Of a stretch of DNA of 64,000 nucleotides, positions 61,573 through 64,000 are shown piece by piece. Each line of letters opens with the position of its first letter. Position 1 is the stretch's first letter. Both the position numbers and the translations under genes were made by a program. Origin of the DNA: an uncultured Chloroflexia bacterium (GTDB taxonomy: Bacteria > Chloroflexota > Chloroflexia > Thermomicrobiales > UBA6265). Location: positions 512,001 to 576,000 of the forward strand of contig CAVRUC010000007.1 of assembly GCA_963724295.1 (NCBI GenBank). The letters are read 5' to 3'. The notes beneath the pieces are model-generated. The model was not told where the DNA came from and did not search any database. It was given only the letters and a program-made list of their open reading frames with translations.

Positions 61573-62799
61573 ATGGACTTCTCCCTGACTCCCGAGCAAG
61601 TTCAAGTTCGCGACACGGTGCGCGAGTTCGCCGCGCGCGAGGTCGCACCGCACATCCAGGAGTGGGACGCCAAAGTCGAGTTCCATCCCGAAGTGCTGCA
61701 CCAGATGGGTGAGCTCGGCATCCTCGGTCTTCCCATCCCGGAGGAGTATGGCGGCTCCGGGTTCGACTACGTCGCGCTCGCCCTCGCCTGCGAAGAACTG
61801 GAGTACGTCGACACCTTCTTGCGGGTCGTCATGAGCGTCCACGTGGGGCTCAACAGCCTGGCGCTTCTGCAATGGGCCAATGAAGAGCAGAAGCAGCGAT
61901 TTCTCGTCCCCCAGGCCCGCGGCGAAAAGTTCGGCACCTTCGCGCTGACCGAGCCAAACGCCGGGAGTGACGCCGGGTCGATCGAGTCTACGTACGTCCG
62001 CGACGGCGATGCCTACGTCCTCAACGGCGCGAAGATGTGGATCTCCCTCGCCGACTTCGCCGACCATTTCCTGGTCTTCGCCTCGTTCGACCGCAGCCAG
62101 AAGCACAACGGGCTCACCGCCTTCATGCTCGAGCGAGGGATGCCGGGTCTGACGACCGGCACGATCAAGGGCAAGCTGGGCGTGCGCGCCGGCAATACCG
62201 GCGAGCTGGCCTTCAACAACGTTCGCATCCCGCTCGAAAACCGCATCGGCGAGGAGGGCGAGGGTTTCAAGATCGCCATGAGCTGCATCGACCAGGGCCG
62301 CTTCACCGTCGGCGCCGGCGCCGTTGGGCTCATCCGCGCCTGTCTCGACGCCAGCACGCGGTATGCGAACGAGCGATTCGCCTTCGGTCAGGAGATTGGC
62401 CGCTTCGAGCTGGTCAAGCAGATGATCGCCAGGATGGTGGCCGGGTACGAAGCCTCCCGGCTGCTCACCATGCAGGCCGCCGAGCTGAAGAACCGGGGCA
62501 TCCGCAACACGCGCGAGACATCGCTGATGAAGTGGTACGGCTGCGACGCCGCGCTGGCGGCGGCAAACGACGCCATCCAGATCCACGGCTCCTATGGCTA
62601 TTCCAACGAGTACCCGGTCGAGCGCTTCTGGCGGAACGCGCGCGGCGCGGTGATCTACGAGGGCACGCGGGAGATCCACACCATCCTCCAGGCGGACTAC
62701 GCGCTTGGCTACCGGCAGGACAAGCCGCTGCGCTGTCCGCAGCCACCAGCAGAGGGATTCGAGCGTCAGGACGAGCGTATCCCGGCCCTGGCGCTCTAG
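61573..62799 (+). CDS. Acyl-CoA dehydrogenase
   Basis: PEEYGG, ALTEPNAGSD, NGAKMWI, KLG.R, QIHG..GY, IYEGT. Confidence 0.95.
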   Translation: MDFSLTPEQVQVRDTVREFAAREVAPHIQEWDAKVEFHPEVLHQMGELGILGLPIPEEYGGSGFDYVALALACEELEYVDTFLRVVMSVHVGLNSLALLQWANEEQKQRFLVPQARGEKFGTFALTEPNAGSDAGSIESTYVRDGDAYVLNGAKMWISLADFADHFLVFASFDRSQKHNGLTAFMLERGMPGLTTGTIKGKLGVRAGNTGELAFNNVRIPLENRIGEEGEGFKIAMSCIDQGRFTVGAGAVGLIRACLDASTRYANERFAFGQEIGRFELVKQMIARMVAGYEASRLLTMQAAELKNRGIRNTRETSLMKWYGCDAALAAANDAIQIHGSYGYSNEYPVERFWRNARGAVIYEGTREIHTILQADYALGYRQDKPLRCPQPPAEGFERQDERIPALAL

Positions 62800-62959
62800 G
62801 AGTCAAGCCGACTCCGACGACCCCTAGTCCTGAATTCAAAACACCCGTTGCGCAAACGCTGGCACGGTGCATGAAGGGCTTCCCTATGGTTGCCCTTCTC
62901 ACCGAGCCGCAACTCCACGCGTCGAGATGCTGGCTACACCCCGTTTCAAGGAGCAGATC

Positions 62960-64000
62960 ATGATGTTGGATCCCACGCAGACGTTGCATCAAGCGCTCGC
63001 CTCTCGTGGCAACCGCAGGCGGGCCGCCCAGGCGATTGCCGCGGCGGCCGGAGGCTTGCTGCTGCTCGAAGCCGCCACGCGCCAGGGCAGCCCGCTCGCG
63101 ATTGCCCAGGATGACGCCGACGACAGCTCGGGTCGCGGCCGCGGCCGGGGTCGTGGCGGAGACGACCACGACAACAGTGGACCCGGAAACGCGGAAGACG
63201 CGGAGGAGGCTGGAGAAGCCGTCGAATTGCCGGCGGGATCACTGGAAGTGCGCATCGTCGGCGACGACGCGGGCGATTTCGTTCCCGGCGAGCTGACCGT
63301 CGACGTCGGTCAATCCGTCACGTTCGTCAACATCCACAGCGACGAACACACCGCCACTGGCTCAGGTTTCGACACCGGCATCATCCCGGACGAGGGTGGC
63401 ATGGCCACCGTCGTGCTCGACACGCCCGGCACGTTCCCCTATGCCTGTCAGATTCATCCCGAGATGACAGGCGTCATCCGCGTCCGCGACGAAAATGGCG
63501 TCATACCGGAACCCCAAACGACCGCCCAAGAAGTCCCGGCCGATGCCACCACCGTGCGCATCGTCAACCTGGCATTCGACCCGGCCGAGGTCACGATTCC
63601 GACCGGAACCGCCGTCTCCTGGATCAACGACGACAGCGTGCCGCACACTGCGACATCAATCGACGGCGTCTTCGACTCCGGCATCTTCGATCCCGGCGCC
63701 AACTTCACGTGGACCTTTAATCAGCCGGGGTCGTTTCCTTATCAATGCCAGCTTCATCCCCAGATGCAGGGGACGATCATCGCCGAAGGGGAAGCGGTGG
63801 CGGGCGCTCCCGCGGACGCCCCTAACGGGGGTCAGGCTGATGCCGCATCGGCACAACCCGCCGCGCCGGGCGAAGGCGCCGTATCCATCATCGACTTCGC
63901 GTTCGAACCCGCCACTCTTGATGTGGCGGCCGGTGCGACGGTGGTCTGGACGAACGACGGACAGGCCCCGCACACCGTAACGGGGGAGTTCGCCGACTCG
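62960..64000 (+). CDS. Exported multi-cupredoxin (at least 3 plastocyanin/amicyanin-like domains); runs off the window edge; absent from the ORF track
   Basis: AAGGAG RBS; NRRR leader; HTAT...YACQIHPEM, PHTAT...YQCQLHPQM, third domain FAFEP...PHTVT. Confidence 0.9.
   Translation, partial: MMLDPTQTLHQALASRGNRRRAAQAIAAAAGGLLLLEAATRQGSPLAIAQDDADDSSGRGRGRGRGGDDHDNSGPGNAEDAEEAGEAVELPAGSLEVRIVGDDAGDFVPGELTVDVGQSVTFVNIHSDEHTATGSGFDTGIIPDEGGMATVVLDTPGTFPYACQIHPEMTGVIRVRDENGVIPEPQTTAQEVPADATTVRIVNLAFDPAEVTIPTGTAVSWINDDSVPHTATSIDGVFDSGIFDPGANFTWTFNQPGSFPYQCQLHPQMQGTIIAEGEAVAGAPADAPNGGQADAASAQPAAPGEGAVSIIDFAFEPATLDVAAGATVVWTNDGQAPHTVTGEFADS

Overview
GC-rich bacterial chromosome segment, most likely from a Chloroflexota/Thermomicrobiales-like organism. 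This is an inference from the gene repertoire, the ATPGATP linkers, the 'MDxxxFDxLxR...RR' Cys-rich exported proteins and the tmRNA. Intact housekeeping genes: secDF, K+-independent H+-PPase, menA/menG, tmRNA, glcDEF, oligoendopeptidase F, SAM-I riboswitch-metX-metY, tRNA-Arg(TCT), an ECF42/DGPF pair, PLP sulfur enzymes, fixC-like and acyl-CoA dehydrogenase. Accessory genes: three NLR-like STAND proteins (TIR-nSTAND1-WD40 followed by a stand-alone TIR, adenylate cyclase-STAND-TPR, AAA-TPR-LuxR with DUF4242), peptide and rhamnose-type ABC transporters, knottin-like Tat-exported Cys-rich proteins, an EVE-[2Fe-2S] ferredoxin fusion and a multi-cupredoxin. Several accessory genes carry clustered 1-bp frameshifts that could be long-read errors or real decay. 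The best candidate for a new system is the pair at the left edge: an NLR-like receptor whose TIR lacks the catalytic Glu, followed 14 bp later by a stand-alone TIR that keeps it. No CRISPR array, integrase or transposase was seen.
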